The notes under the pieces are model-generated. The model saw nothing but the letters and a program-made list of their open reading frames with translations, was not told where the DNA came from and searched no databases. Made by a program: the position numbers and the translations under genes. A stretch of DNA of 64,000 nucleotides from Candidatus Aenigmatarchaeota archaeon (lineage in GTDB: Archaea > Aenigmatarchaeota > Aenigmatarchaeia > CG10238-14 > SpSt-28). Below are positions 49,584 to 58,325 of the stretch, piece by piece. How positions within the stretch are numbered: position 1 is the stretch's first letter; every line of letters begins with the position of its first letter. The stretch spans positions 181 through 64,180 of the forward strand of contig JAVYKI010000003.1 of the NCBI GenBank assembly GCA_038742305.1, in the 5' to 3' direction.

Positions 49584-50674
49584 ATTTTTGAATTATAAAG
49601 AAAATTAATTTCAAAAGAATTTAAAGCTGTAGAAAATAATTTAAAATTGTCTATTATACCATTAAAATATTGTATATTCCCTTCAAAATCCTTTCCAATA
49701 GTTATAGCTCCACTATTTATTTGGAAATCACCTTGCCAATCTAGTTCAGATTTTAATTCTCCATTTACATAAAGTTTTTGGGAATAACTATCATAAGTTC
49801 CAACTATAAAATACCATTTATTAGCTTCTAAAGTAGTTGAAGTTATACGCCTATTTCCAGAGCCATCTGTTATTAGAAAGAGAAAGTATCCTGGAATGAT
49901 TCCTTCTGCAAAAATTTCCCAAGTAGAAGTATGTCCTTCAAATACTTGCTGTATTTTTTGCCAATCATATTGAAAATTTCCTTGAGGAGTTCCATAAGAA
50001 TATATCCAAACAGAAAAACTAATAGATTTTGCAGGATAAGTAGATAAAGGCTCTAAAGTTGGTACATAAACATATGAATCTCTTCCATTAAAGAGCAAAG
50101 CTTTATTTGTAATTCCAGTTGTCCATATTGCATTGTATATATTACCATTATTGTTATTGCCACTATAATCATAAGCTATATTTCCACTTCCTTCATCAAA
50201 AGGCATATCAATTATTAAAGAAGAAAAACAAGTTAAAGAAAAAACTGAAGGTTTATTTCCCTTTACTCCTATAAATACATCTATTTGTTGAGATGAAGTG
50301 CTAGAAATTATTTGTATTCCTAAGTTTTCTCCAGAAGTAATTATGTCAGAAGTAACGTTGCAACTATCAAAGCCTACTGAAAATTTATTACAATCATATC
50401 CTTTAAAGATTTCATAAGCTAAAGGATTAAAATTATTTCCACTAATTTTATCCCTAATAAATATGTTTAAATCTTCTTTCCTAACATCATTACCATTATA
50501 ATTTGCTGAAAGTTTTATGCTTATGTAATTTTTAGAAATGAAATAACAAATTCCATCAGAAATAAATATGTTGCCTTGTTTGAAAGAATATAGAAAGTAA
50601 ATAAAAACGCCTGTAAAACTTATTGTTATTATTAGTATCAGTAAAATTGATAATATTGTCGAAACAGATTTCAT
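49580..50674 (-). CDS. Type IV pilin-like protein fused to a LamG/ConA-like domain
   Basis: Class III-like signal MKS|VSTILSILL; FDEGSGNIAYDYSGNNN, WYFIVGTYD..LYVNG, FNGIID. Confidence 0.85.
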   Translation of the reverse strand: MKSVSTILSILLILIITISFTGVFIYFLYSFKQGNIFISDGICYFISKNYISIKLSANYNGNDVRKEDLNIFIRDKISGNNFNPLAYEIFKGYDCNKFSVGFDSCNVTSDIITSGENLGIQIISSTSSQQIDVFIGVKGNKPSVFSLTCFSSLIIDMPFDEGSGNIAYDYSGNNNNGNIYNAIWTTGITNKALLFNGRDSYVYVPTLEPLSTYPAKSISFSVWIYSYGTPQGNFQYDWQKIQQVFEGHTSTWEIFAEGIIPGYFLFLITDGSGNRRITSTTLEANKWYFIVGTYDSYSQKLYVNGELKSELDWQGDFQINSGAITIGKDFEGNIQYFNGIIDNFKLFSTALNSFEINFLYNSKI

Positions 50675-50698
50675 AAAATTAATTAATTTAAACTAAAT

Positions 50699-50799
50699 AG
50701 CCGGGGCGGGGATTCGAACCCCGGATCTGCGGGTTTCTGTAGATCATCTTTTCACAAAACCCTGCAGCCCGCCGCGTGAAGCCACTCCGCCACCCCGGC
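50699..50799 (-). tRNA. tRNA-Cys(GCA) with 27-nt intron at 37/38 (intron 50735..50761)
   Basis: GCCGGGG/CCCCGGC with U73; GCGGG-CT-GCA-G[intron]A-CCCGC. Confidence 0.92.
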
Positions 50800-50827
50800 A
50801 TAATATGATTATAAGTTTTTTCTTATT

Positions 50828-50900
50828 TGCCCCGGCCGGGATTTGAACCCGGGTCTCGAGCTCGAGAGGCTCGCATCCTTGGCCGCTAGACGACCGGGGC
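50828..50900 (-). tRNA. tRNA-Glu(CTC)
   Basis: CGAGC-CT-CTC-GA-GCTCG. Confidence 0.95.
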
Positions 50901-50962
50901 ACCGATAATTAAATTATTAAAAAAGAAAAAAAATGAAAAAAGCTTAAAAGAATTTTATAATT

Positions 50963-51028
50963 TTATTTTTTCTTTTTTCTTCTCGCGGCTCTTTTCTTTT
51001 TAACTCTTCTAGCTTTCTTTTTTGCCAT
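50963..51028 (-). CDS. Hyper-basic micropeptide (21 aa, not in ORF track)
   Basis: MAKKKARRVKKKRAARRKKKK; starts 7 nt after the upstream stop; T-rich tract follows. Confidence 0.65.
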   Translation of the reverse strand: MAKKKARRVKKKRAARRKKKK

Positions 51029-51035
51029 AATTAAA

Positions 51036-51458
51036 TTATATTTTTGCTTTTAAGCCTTGATTAAACAAATCATAAATTTTTAGAAAAACATCTCTCGTAA
51101 AATCTTCATATATAAATTTAAAATCTTGAGCTTCGGAATAAATAATTTTTCTAATTATTTTTTTGATAGACGCTTGAACTTCTTTTGTCTTAACATAATC
51201 TAAATTTGAATATCTTTCAACCAAAGCATAAAGCTTATCTAATAAAGCAATTATAAGGGTTTTAAATCCAGGCTCAAACTTTTTTAAATTCATTAACAGT
51301 TCATTTTTCATTCTTTTTATATCACTTTCAAACTCAGAAATTCTATACCTTAAAATTATTACATCTCCAAAACTTTTCTGAAACCTTTCTATATCAAGTA
51401 AATCTCTTATAGCAATACAATATGCTAAAGGCTCTATGTCAGTTATGTTTATTACCAT
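51036..51458 (-). CDS. Hypothetical alpha-helical protein
   Basis: 140-aa ORF with no recognised motif. Confidence 0.7.
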   Translation of the reverse strand: MVINITDIEPLAYCIAIRDLLDIERFQKSFGDVIILRYRISEFESDIKRMKNELLMNLKKFEPGFKTLIIALLDKLYALVERYSNLDYVKTKEVQASIKKIIRKIIYSEAQDFKFIYEDFTRDVFLKIYDLFNQGLKAKI

Positions 51459-51482
51459 AAAAAATTAAAATTTAAAAAGAAA

Positions 51483-51944
51483 TTAGTAGCAAGTTACTGA
51501 AGCTAGCCCAGAAGGTTGTCCAAAAACTAATATTTGTACATCAATAGGAGTTCCGATTCCTATATTTCCAGCAGAACTACTAATACCAACGGTTTCTCCG
51601 CTTGTTACAGGAGCAGTTGCAGTTGCTTGAGTATTACATCCAGCAGCTCCAATAGTATCTCTATTACAATTAGTACCTTTATATATTGTACTAGAAGCTG
51701 TAGTCCAAGTACCAGTTAATTTGTTTCTTACTCTTACAGTTATATCTCCAGGAGTAGCATCAGCTCCAGTATAACTAGCAACTATTCTAACAGTTGCTGG
51801 ATTGCCTGCATTACAAACAACATCAATTATTTGGAAGTTCCCTCTTTTAGTAGTTCCTGATAAGAAATACCAAACAGTTCCTACTAGTCCTATAGTTATT
51901 ACTAGCATTAAAAGCATTGCTACTACTTCACTTATTCCTTTCAT
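51483..51944 (-). CDS. Archaeal type IV pilin (probable major pilin)
   Basis: MKG|ISEVVAMLLMLVITIGLVG class III signal; Thr/Ala/Gly-rich globular domain with 4 Cys. Confidence 0.9.
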   Translation of the reverse strand: MKGISEVVAMLLMLVITIGLVGTVWYFLSGTTKRGNFQIIDVVCNAGNPATVRIVASYTGADATPGDITVRVRNKLTGTWTTASSTIYKGTNCNRDTIGAAGCNTQATATAPVTSGETVGISSSAGNIGIGTPIDVQILVFGQPSGLASVTCY

Positions 51945-51979
51945 AATATTAATTGTTTCTTTTTAAAATATTTCTTTTT

Positions 51980-52975
51980 ATGGAAATAACATCAATTTTA
52001 TTACTCTTTTTGGTAATAGGTTTTATAGGAACATTTATTTATTTTATTTTTACTTTAACTCAAGTCAAAACATTAGAAATAATAAATTTAGAACTAGATT
52101 GCCAAAACAGTATTATAACCCTTTATGTTAAAGTAATAGGTACAGAAGAAATAAAACCAGAAGAAATTAAAATAAGCATAGATGGAAAAGAGCAACTAGT
52201 AACTTTTGATCAAAGGCTTTTTCCAAATACTTTAGCAAAAATTTATGTAAATTTTATTCCTTCAGATATTAGTGTTAGAACTCATAAATTAGAAATTTAT
52301 GTTGGCGGTAGAAGAATTTATAGAAATTTTGATTATATTTGCGAAAGCTTAGTTTTTAATATAGCAAGAAGTAACATGACTTTTGTAGCTTTTAGTAGTC
52401 CACATTGGGTTGTATTTAATTATATAACAAAGGAATATTTGATATTTAAAAGCAATAATGGAGATTTAACAGCAGAAGTTGGTCCAATATCAGGCAAGGT
52501 TCCAGTTTATGAAAACTTAGATAATTTTGTTGTTCAAACTCAAACATCTTCTTGGAATAATAAGCCTTTAGATTCTCCTATTATAATATTTAAAAATCCA
52601 AATTTAAAGAACGTATGGATTTTTAATTGGACCGATCCTCATGGAAGCTTTCTTTTTAAATTAAATCCTATAGAAAATGCAATTGAAGATATTTTAATTT
52701 TTTGGGAAGACTTGTACAATCCTTTTAATCCTCCTTCAACTTTAGATGATTGGAAAGACCATGTTGTAAGAGTTACTTTGGTAGGTTCAAATACTTATAG
52801 AATCGCTGTATATTTGGCAAAAGGTGGTTATAAGCATCAATTTTATATTTCTACAGAAAGTCCTAATCCTCTTCAAGGAACATTAACTTATGAAAAGCCA
52901 TATGGAGCTTATTGGAGTAATAAAATTGGAAATTATTACGAAGAATTTAGAGTTTATTATGTTACAATTCAATAA
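51980..52975 (+). CDS. Membrane-anchored surface protein: pilin-like N-domain plus WEDL..D..D (DUF4114-like) domain
   Basis: N-terminal TM, Ig-like stretch, IFWEDLY..DDWKDHVVRV. Confidence 0.65.
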   Translation: MEITSILLLFLVIGFIGTFIYFIFTLTQVKTLEIINLELDCQNSIITLYVKVIGTEEIKPEEIKISIDGKEQLVTFDQRLFPNTLAKIYVNFIPSDISVRTHKLEIYVGGRRIYRNFDYICESLVFNIARSNMTFVAFSSPHWVVFNYITKEYLIFKSNNGDLTAEVGPISGKVPVYENLDNFVVQTQTSSWNNKPLDSPIIIFKNPNLKNVWIFNWTDPHGSFLFKLNPIENAIEDILIFWEDLYNPFNPPSTLDDWKDHVVRVTLVGSNTYRIAVYLAKGGYKHQFYISTESPNPLQGTLTYEKPYGAYWSNKIGNYYEEFRVYYVTIQ

Positions 52976-52977
52976 TT

Positions 52978-53679
52978 ATGGCAACAATATTAGCAATTTC
53001 TGAAATTCAAGGAGAAGCGGAAAATTTATTAAAATTTTTAAATTACATAAAGAAGAATGAAGTTTTCGATTATGTTGTTTTTAACGGAGACTTAATAAAT
53101 TTTGATGATGAAGAAGAAGTTGCAGAAATTTTAATAGAAATTTTAAAAATTTTGGAAAAGCCAATAATTACTGTTCCAGGCAATAATGATGGAAAAATAA
53201 TTGAACTATTAAAAAAAGAAACTTTTTCTGTTCATAACGATTATAAGATATTTGATAATATTGCATTTTTTGGATTTGGAGGCGCGAAAACTCCAATAGG
53301 AACAACATTTGAACCAAGCGAAGAAGAATTTAAATTAGCATTAGAAAGTTTATATAAAAAAATTCAAAATGTAAAAACAAAAGTTCTTGTTACTCATATG
53401 CCTCCAAAAGATACTAAGCTTGATTTAATTTTTAGCGGAGCACATGTAGGAAGCGAAGCAATAAGAGAATTTATTTTGAAATATCAACCAACTTTAGCAA
53501 TTTGCTCTCATATAATTGAAGCTTTTGGAGTAGATAGGTTAGGAAATACTTTTTTAATTAATCCGGGAAGAATAACAGAAGGAAATTATGCTATAATAAA
53601 ACTTCAACAAACTATAGAAATAAAAATTAAAAACATAATTAATTTATTATTTAGGGAAAAAGCAAAGCCATGGATTTAA
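52978..53679 (+). CDS. Calcineurin-like metallophosphoesterase with degenerate metal ligands
   Basis: SEIQG, NGDL, PGNND, THMPP, HVGS, CSHIIE, INPG. Confidence 0.85.
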   Translation: MATILAISEIQGEAENLLKFLNYIKKNEVFDYVVFNGDLINFDDEEEVAEILIEILKILEKPIITVPGNNDGKIIELLKKETFSVHNDYKIFDNIAFFGFGGAKTPIGTTFEPSEEEFKLALESLYKKIQNVKTKVLVTHMPPKDTKLDLIFSGAHVGSEAIREFILKYQPTLAICSHIIEAFGVDRLGNTFLINPGRITEGNYAIIKLQQTIEIKIKNIINLLFREKAKPWI

Positions 53680-54041
53680 AATTACAAAATGAAGTAAAGC
53701 AAGAAATTTTAATAAACCAAATACTTGAAAGAATAGACTTTTTAGATGTTTTAATACTTAAAAAATTTTATGTAACAGGCAAAGAATTTCCAAACGATAC
53801 TCAACCATATTGTTTACCAATATTATACAAAGAACTAATAAGTCAAAATAATGTAAAAATAAGTTTAGAAGGATTAAGAAAAAGATTGAATTCATTAGTT
53901 AATATAGGCTTATTAACAAAAATTGAAAGAACTAATCCATCAATTTATTATCCTGTAAGAGAAAAAGAAGAAGTTGTTAGAAAAATAATTGTAAAGTTTT
54001 TCGAAAGGTTTGGTTTTGAAAACTTCTTACTAAAATTATAA
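53670..54041 (+). CDS. Hypothetical wHTH-like protein
   Basis: ISLEGLRKRLNSLVNIGLLTKI..TNPSIY. Confidence 0.65.
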   Translation: MDLKLQNEVKQEILINQILERIDFLDVLILKKFYVTGKEFPNDTQPYCLPILYKELISQNNVKISLEGLRKRLNSLVNIGLLTKIERTNPSIYYPVREKEEVVRKIIVKFFERFGFENFLLKL

Positions 54042-54895
54042 TGAATTATTTTGAAAAGTATAGAGAAGTTTATCCTAATTTACTTAAAATTTCAGAAGAA
54101 GTTTGGAAATTTGTTGATGACCTTATTAAAAAAGAAAACAATGCTTTAATTATTGCAGAAAAAATTGAAGAAAAAATAAAGGAGCTCGGAGCAAAACCGG
54201 CATTTCCAGTTAACATAGGAATAAATAATGTTGCAGCGCATTTTACTCCAGAGCAGGATGTTTTTATTAAAGAAAATGATATAGTTAAAATAGATTTTGG
54301 AATTCATATTGATGGATTTATATTCGATACAGCAAAGACTTATGGAAAAGAAAATAATGTTGTAAAAGCCGCTAAAAAAGCTTTTGAAGAATGTTTAAAA
54401 GAAATAAAGGAGGGAACAAAAGTTAAAATTTTTGGAGAAATATGTGAAGAAGTTGCTAAAGAGTTTGATGTAAAGCCTGTAAGAAATTTAGGAGGGCACG
54501 GGCTAGGTTATTATGAAATACATACCGAGCCAACTATATTAAATGGAAAAAACAATAGCAATTTTGTTTTAGAAAAAGGAATGCCAATTGCTTTCGAAGT
54601 TTTTATGAGTAATGGAGAAGGAAAAGTAAAAGATTCTTTTCCTTCTACAATTTTTCAAATAATTAATCCGACAAAAATTAAACATTTAAGAATTTATAAC
54701 GAAATACTTGAAGATGCATATAAAAAATTTTTAACTTTACCTTTTTCAAAAAGATGGTTAAACTATCCTAAACACAAAATAGATTTTGCTATAAGTGAAG
54801 GAATCAGATTAGGAATAGTAAAAGAATATCCAGTTTTAAAAGAAATTGAAAATTCTGTTGTTGCTCAATTTGAGTCGACTTTCATAGTTGAATAA
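54041..54895 (+). CDS. map: Methionine aminopeptidase type II
   Basis: AFPVN..AAHFTP, KIDFGIHIDG..DTA, NLGGH, AFEVF, AQFE. Confidence 0.96.
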   Translation: MNYFEKYREVYPNLLKISEEVWKFVDDLIKKENNALIIAEKIEEKIKELGAKPAFPVNIGINNVAAHFTPEQDVFIKENDIVKIDFGIHIDGFIFDTAKTYGKENNVVKAAKKAFEECLKEIKEGTKVKIFGEICEEVAKEFDVKPVRNLGGHGLGYYEIHTEPTILNGKNNSNFVLEKGMPIAFEVFMSNGEGKVKDSFPSTIFQIINPTKIKHLRIYNEILEDAYKKFLTLPFSKRWLNYPKHKIDFAISEGIRLGIVKEYPVLKEIENSVVAQFESTFIVE

Positions 54896-55314
54896 TCCTT
54901 TAACAATTGAAAGAAAATAATTAAATAAGGTAAAAAAACATTTTGCAAGTCAGAAAATATATAAGTTTTAAAATCAAAAGTTACAACTAAAAAAACTTCT
55001 AGTGCTTGCCTAAAAAAATTCAAAAATATTAAGAGAATAAAAAAATTCAGAATTTTTCTTTGCTTGTTAATTAAAAGCAAAGGAAAAACTATTAGAAAAG
55101 GTTTAATAATTGTGCAACTTTCATCTATAATAAAAAAATAATTATCAATTTGTATTTCAAAATTTTCAACTTTTAAATTAAAAAATAGGCCTAAGAAAAA
55201 AGTTAGGAAAGCTTTATCTAATATTGCAAAAGGAGAATAAAGAAATTTAGAAAAATAAACTGCTAAAAATATTCCTAAAATTGCTGCTAAAGTATCAATA
55301 ATAATTTTTTTCAT
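54865..55314 (-). CDS. Archaeosortase/exosortase-like membrane protein
   Basis: IIDESCT (Cys) and LNFFR (Arg) motifs, multi-TM. Confidence 0.65.
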   Translation of the reverse strand: MKKIIIDTLAAILGIFLAVYFSKFLYSPFAILDKAFLTFFLGLFFNLKVENFEIQIDNYFFIIDESCTIIKPFLIVFPLLLINKQRKILNFFILLIFLNFFRQALEVFLVVTFDFKTYIFSDLQNVFLPYLIIFFQLLKDYSTMKVDSN

Positions 55315-56206
55315 TTATCAATTCTTTTATTTTTTCTTTTAAAAGCGAATTTATTTTTTCTTTACTTAAATTTTCTATTTCAGAGTAATTATTCAAATTA
55401 TCTATAAGAATGTTTAAATTATAATTTTCAAACTTTTTTTCAGTTATAATATATTTTATTCCCAATTCTACAAGAACTGAAGCATTTTTTATATCGTTAG
55501 AAGCAATTACTATTTTTTCAGCAGGCAAATGATTTACAACTTCTTTTAAGAATTCATAATCAATTTCTTCAAGTTTTAAACAAATATAATCTTTCTTATT
55601 CCAAACTTTCAAAATTTCAATAATTTTTTCAAGAATTTCAATTTTTTTCTCTAAAGCTTCGTTTTTTTCAATTTTTACTTCTTGTATTATAAAATTTTTT
55701 CTTTCTTTCAACTTTTCTATTATTTCCTTCAATCTTTTATTTTCTTCTTTCAACTCTATTATTCTTCTTACTAATTTATCCCTATCATCTAATTTTTCAA
55801 CCTTTTTTTCGGAAAAAGTTTTATTAACTTTAATTTCTTCTTTTTTAACAATTATTTTATTTTTAATACTTTTCAAACCTTTTAAAGCTGAATAAATAGC
55901 ATCTCTTTCATGAACATTTTTATAATTAAAGTTTTTAGTTAATCTAATTTTTGATTTCTCTTTTGGTTCCTTAATTGGATGAAATATTTTACAAGAAAAG
56001 CTTGATGCAATTTTTTTAATTTTAAAAGGAATTTTAACTTTATCTGTACATATTAAAATAGGTTTTCCAAAGCTTATTATATCTTTTATTATTTCGCTTA
56101 AGGAATATTCTTTTTTACTTTTTAAAAACAAAAGATTCTCATTCCTATCAAATATTGCTATAGCGCTAGTTGCCCCAATATCTATTCCAACAACTATTTC
56201 ATTCAT
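55295..56206 (-). CDS. DUF460 family protein (RNase H-like fold plus coiled coil)
   Basis: VVGIDIG, FGKPILICTD, NVHERDA. Confidence 0.85.
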   Translation of the reverse strand: MNEIVVGIDIGATSAIAIFDRNENLLFLKSKKEYSLSEIIKDIISFGKPILICTDKVKIPFKIKKIASSFSCKIFHPIKEPKEKSKIRLTKNFNYKNVHERDAIYSALKGLKSIKNKIIVKKEEIKVNKTFSEKKVEKLDDRDKLVRRIIELKEENKRLKEIIEKLKERKNFIIQEVKIEKNEALEKKIEILEKIIEILKVWNKKDYICLKLEEIDYEFLKEVVNHLPAEKIVIASNDIKNASVLVELGIKYIITEKKFENYNLNILIDNLNNYSEIENLSKEKINSLLKEKIKELINEKNYY

Positions 56207-56819
56207 TTAATTCATTAAAATTTTTATTTAAAATTTCATAAATATTTTCTCCTCTTTTTCCAAAAAGCGAAGTTAATTTGCTTTTGCTAGAGTTAACAAA
56301 ATCTTTTATACTAGAATATTTTTTCATTATTATTTCAGCACTTTTATAAGAAATTCCAGGAAAAGAAATAAGAATTGAAATTATTTTTTCCTTTTCTGTT
56401 TTTCCCTTCTTTTTTATTTTAGTTTTAATAACATTTGCTTTTTCCAATTTTTTTATTGCAATTTTTCTTAAAAGTTCTGCAGTTTGATTCTCGTTCAAAG
56501 TAAAAACTATTGAAATATTTTCTGAAATAATTCTTGCAATTGCACCTAAAATTTCATTTGTAACTATTCCTTCAACTATTATTAATGCCTTTTGATTTTT
56601 TAAATTTTCTATTTGTTCAAAAAATCTTTTATCTATTACAGAATTTATTAAATCTTCTACACTTTTTCTTTCAATAACAATATCTTCTATTAAAAAATCT
56701 CCAACTTCAAGCTTCTCTTCTACAACTTTTATATCATTAAAATTCTTCAAAATTTCAATAATTTTTCTTTCCCTATAATCACAAATTATTAATGGCTTCT
56801 GACTAAATGTTTTTTGCAT
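56199..56819 (-). CDS. ERCC4/XPF nuclease with HhH (Hef nuclease half)
   Basis: CDYRE, LEVGDF, IERKS..D..S..D.RFFEQ, FPGIS. Confidence 0.92.
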   Translation of the reverse strand: MQKTFSQKPLIICDYRERKIIEILKNFNDIKVVEEKLEVGDFLIEDIVIERKSVEDLINSVIDKRFFEQIENLKNQKALIIVEGIVTNEILGAIARIISENISIVFTLNENQTAELLRKIAIKKLEKANVIKTKIKKKGKTEKEKIISILISFPGISYKSAEIIMKKYSSIKDFVNSSKSKLTSLFGKRGENIYEILNKNFNELNE

Positions 56820-58323
56820 ATGTTAATTCTTTTTTAATATCATAAATTATTCTTCTCATTCTTCTTTCTTTATGGAAAGCAGCCCAGTAATAAGCTTCAT
56901 CTCTAGTTCCTTTAGTTATTAATATTATTACTTTTCCGCTTGTTTGTCTCCCGACCCTTCCTCTTCTTTGAATAGTTCTTATTTCGCTTGGAACAGGCTC
57001 GTAAAATATTGCATAATCAGTTTTTGGAATATCTAATCCTTCTTCCCCTACACTGCTACATATTAAAACATTATAAATTCCAGAAGCAAAATCTCTTATA
57101 ACTTTTTCTTGTTCTTTTTGACTCATTCCTTCTGAACCTTCTTTTGTTGCTTGTCCCACAAGTTTTGCAATTTTAAACTTATCTTTTAACTTTTTGTAAA
57201 TATATTCTATTGTGCTTCTATAATTTGCAAAAATTATTATTTTTACTTGAGGATTTTGCTGAATAAGATAGTTTAATATTTCTTCTAGCTTTTGGAGTTT
57301 TGGATGAATAAATTCCTTTTCCAAAAAGTTTTTAACTATGCTTTCAGCAATCCTTATTCTCAAATCATTAACCAAATTTCTTTCATAAACTTTTTTGCTT
57401 TGCTTTAGTTTGTTTAAATATTCTAAAAAAGCTAAAAGGCTTTGAGTTTCCAAAAGTTCTAATAAATATTCAATTTTTATTAGTTGCAAAACTTTGAAAA
57501 TTATTGAAGAGAAAAATTGTTTGTTTAAAAATTTATCTTCGCTTTCTAAAAGATTTTGATAAAGTTTAATTATTTCCTTCTTTTTTATTTCCTTACTACT
57601 TAATATACCATTTTTTATTAGCCAATCTATTATTTCATTTCTAATTTTCTCAATATTTTCTTTAGCACTTTTTATTTCTTCTGGCAAATCTACATAAACG
57701 TAAAGGTATTCAATTTTTTTAATGTATTTTCTAATATCTTCATCTTTTTCAGTTCTTATTTCAATAAATTGAATGTTTAAATTATTTTTTATTTCTTCTA
57801 TTCTTTCCTCTTCACTTCCTGGAGAAGCTGTTAAAGCTAAAATTAACGGATATTTTGATTGTTCCAAATATTTTTTTGCAACATAAGTATATGCATATTC
57901 TTTTACACATCTATGTGCTTCGTCAAAAACAATTAAGCTAAAATCTTGAAGGTTTAAAATATTGCTTTCTAAATCGTTTTGAATTGTTTGAGGAGTTGCA
58001 ATTATTATTTTAGCAAATTTATACAAGAACTTTCTTTCTTCTTTAGGAATTTTTCCAGTAATTGCAACAATTCTATTTGAATCTATTTTTAAAAGCTTTT
58101 TAAAAGTTTTTTCGTGCTGCAAAACTAAAGGTCTTGTAGGTGCTAGCATCATTACCTTACTTTCTGGATATTTATTTAATCTATTAGCTGCAACTATTAT
58201 TGCAATAATAGTTTTACCAGTACCAGTAGGTAAAATAACTAAAGTATTCCCTTTAATTGCAGTATTTGCAATATTAATTTGATATTCTCTAGGCTCAATT
58301 AATTCCTTTCTTAATAATTCCAT
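56803..58323 (-). CDS. Hef/FANCM-like SF2 helicase
   Basis: PREYQ, LPTGTGKT, FDEAHR, LTASPG, EEGLDIP, IQRRGRVGR, DEAYYW. Confidence 0.95.
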   Translation of the reverse strand: MELLRKELIEPREYQINIANTAIKGNTLVILPTGTGKTIIAIIVAANRLNKYPESKVMMLAPTRPLVLQHEKTFKKLLKIDSNRIVAITGKIPKEERKFLYKFAKIIIATPQTIQNDLESNILNLQDFSLIVFDEAHRCVKEYAYTYVAKKYLEQSKYPLILALTASPGSEEERIEEIKNNLNIQFIEIRTEKDEDIRKYIKKIEYLYVYVDLPEEIKSAKENIEKIRNEIIDWLIKNGILSSKEIKKKEIIKLYQNLLESEDKFLNKQFFSSIIFKVLQLIKIEYLLELLETQSLLAFLEYLNKLKQSKKVYERNLVNDLRIRIAESIVKNFLEKEFIHPKLQKLEEILNYLIQQNPQVKIIIFANYRSTIEYIYKKLKDKFKIAKLVGQATKEGSEGMSQKEQEKVIRDFASGIYNVLICSSVGEEGLDIPKTDYAIFYEPVPSEIRTIQRRGRVGRQTSGKVIILITKGTRDEAYYWAAFHKERRMRRIIYDIKKELTYAKNI

Positions 58324-58325
58324 AA

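Noticed and set aside
50763..50765. C35-to-U editing turning tRNA-Cys into a Tyr decoder
   Set aside because: The body has Cys identity elements (G1-C72, U73) rather than archaeal Tyr C1-G72/A73, so editing would cause mistranslation
56803..56819. -1 programmed frameshift (A-AAA-AAC) joining Hef helicase and nuclease
   Set aside because: The nuclease is in the +1 frame relative to the helicase, so a -1 slip would not fuse them
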